Of a stretch of DNA of 64,000 nt, positions 63,575-64,000 are shown piece by piece. Position 1 is the first letter of the stretch. Every line of letters starts with the position of its first letter. Source of the DNA: the human T2T-CHM13v2.0 reference genome, Homo sapiens. The notes below the pieces were generated by a model that saw only the letters and a program-made list of their open reading frames with translations, did no database searches and was not told where the DNA came from. The position numbers were made by a program, and so were the translations under genes. The stretch lies in assembly GCF_009914755.1 (NCBI RefSeq), contig NC_060940.1; one strand, written 5' to 3'.

Positions 63575-63690
63575 CAGAGTCAAGCCTCTGAGAAGTCCTG
63601 CAGTAAGGAATCCAACTAGATTTGCTTAATGCAGCATTTCTCAGCCCTGTTGGAGCAGGAGCTCTTTTTTGACATACTTGGGGAAACATT
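63575..63690. mobile_element. MER103C-like hAT relic
   Basis: ctctgagaagtcctgcagtaaggaa. Confidence 0.6.
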
Positions 63691-64000
63691 GATGAGCAGA
63701 AGGATTTATAAGCGGGAAGATGGCAGGACCAGGCCTGTGAGGCGGGGAGATTCATCAGCAGCAAGGAGACAGACAGGACAGCCGCTGCCAGCTCACATCC
63801 ACCCCCTACCCCCCACCACCCACCTCAGCTGGCCTCGCCGCAGCCAGGCGGACCAGTCCATGCAGGCTCCAGCCCCTCCGTGCTGGCTCATTGTGCCACA
63901 AGCACAGGCCGCTGGTCTCCAGTCCTTCCCAGAACTTCTCCAGTGCCGTGAGGCTGAGGAAGCCCCTCGGGCCTTCCACGTCACCGCAGGGAAGTGGGGA

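Noticed and set aside
63780-64000. GC-rich window end as a possible exon or promoter edge
   Set aside because: No frame gave a recognisable peptide and the segment is truncated; it cannot be supported.

Overview
Primate (human-like) non-coding genomic DNA, fairly GC-rich, intergenic or intronic. I recognise no protein-coding exon, RNA gene or CRISPR array. The long ORFs in the track come from simple repeats, Alus or chance, and I could not assign the locus. The window is a mosaic of Alu (J, S, Y, FRAM), MIR, L1M/L1PA and L2 fragments, solo LTRs (MLT1, MLT2, THE1, MER4A, LTR16/LTR33-like) and hAT DNA-transposon relics, plus nine long simple-repeat tracts and a few VNTRs. Structure not explained by a simple repeat list: (i) a fossil hAT/Charlie transposase C-terminus split by an L1 insertion, which can be rejoined at its target-site duplication (13960-14486); (ii) two dispersed local duplications (about 300 bp, 2.4 kb apart; about 490 bp, 5.1 kb apart), the second with one-sided CpG decay and a 76-bp identical core; (iii) a nested MLT2 > MER4A + GATA-microsatellite structure; (iv) a 690-bp GGGGA tract, 448 bp of it pure purine; (v) several repeat-free, motif-dense candidate enhancers; (vi) G/purine bias of almost all simple repeats to the + strand. 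I found no evidence of a wholly new biological system. All repeat calls are by eye against remembered consensus sequences and need RepeatMasker/Dfam confirmation; boundaries of old elements are approximate.
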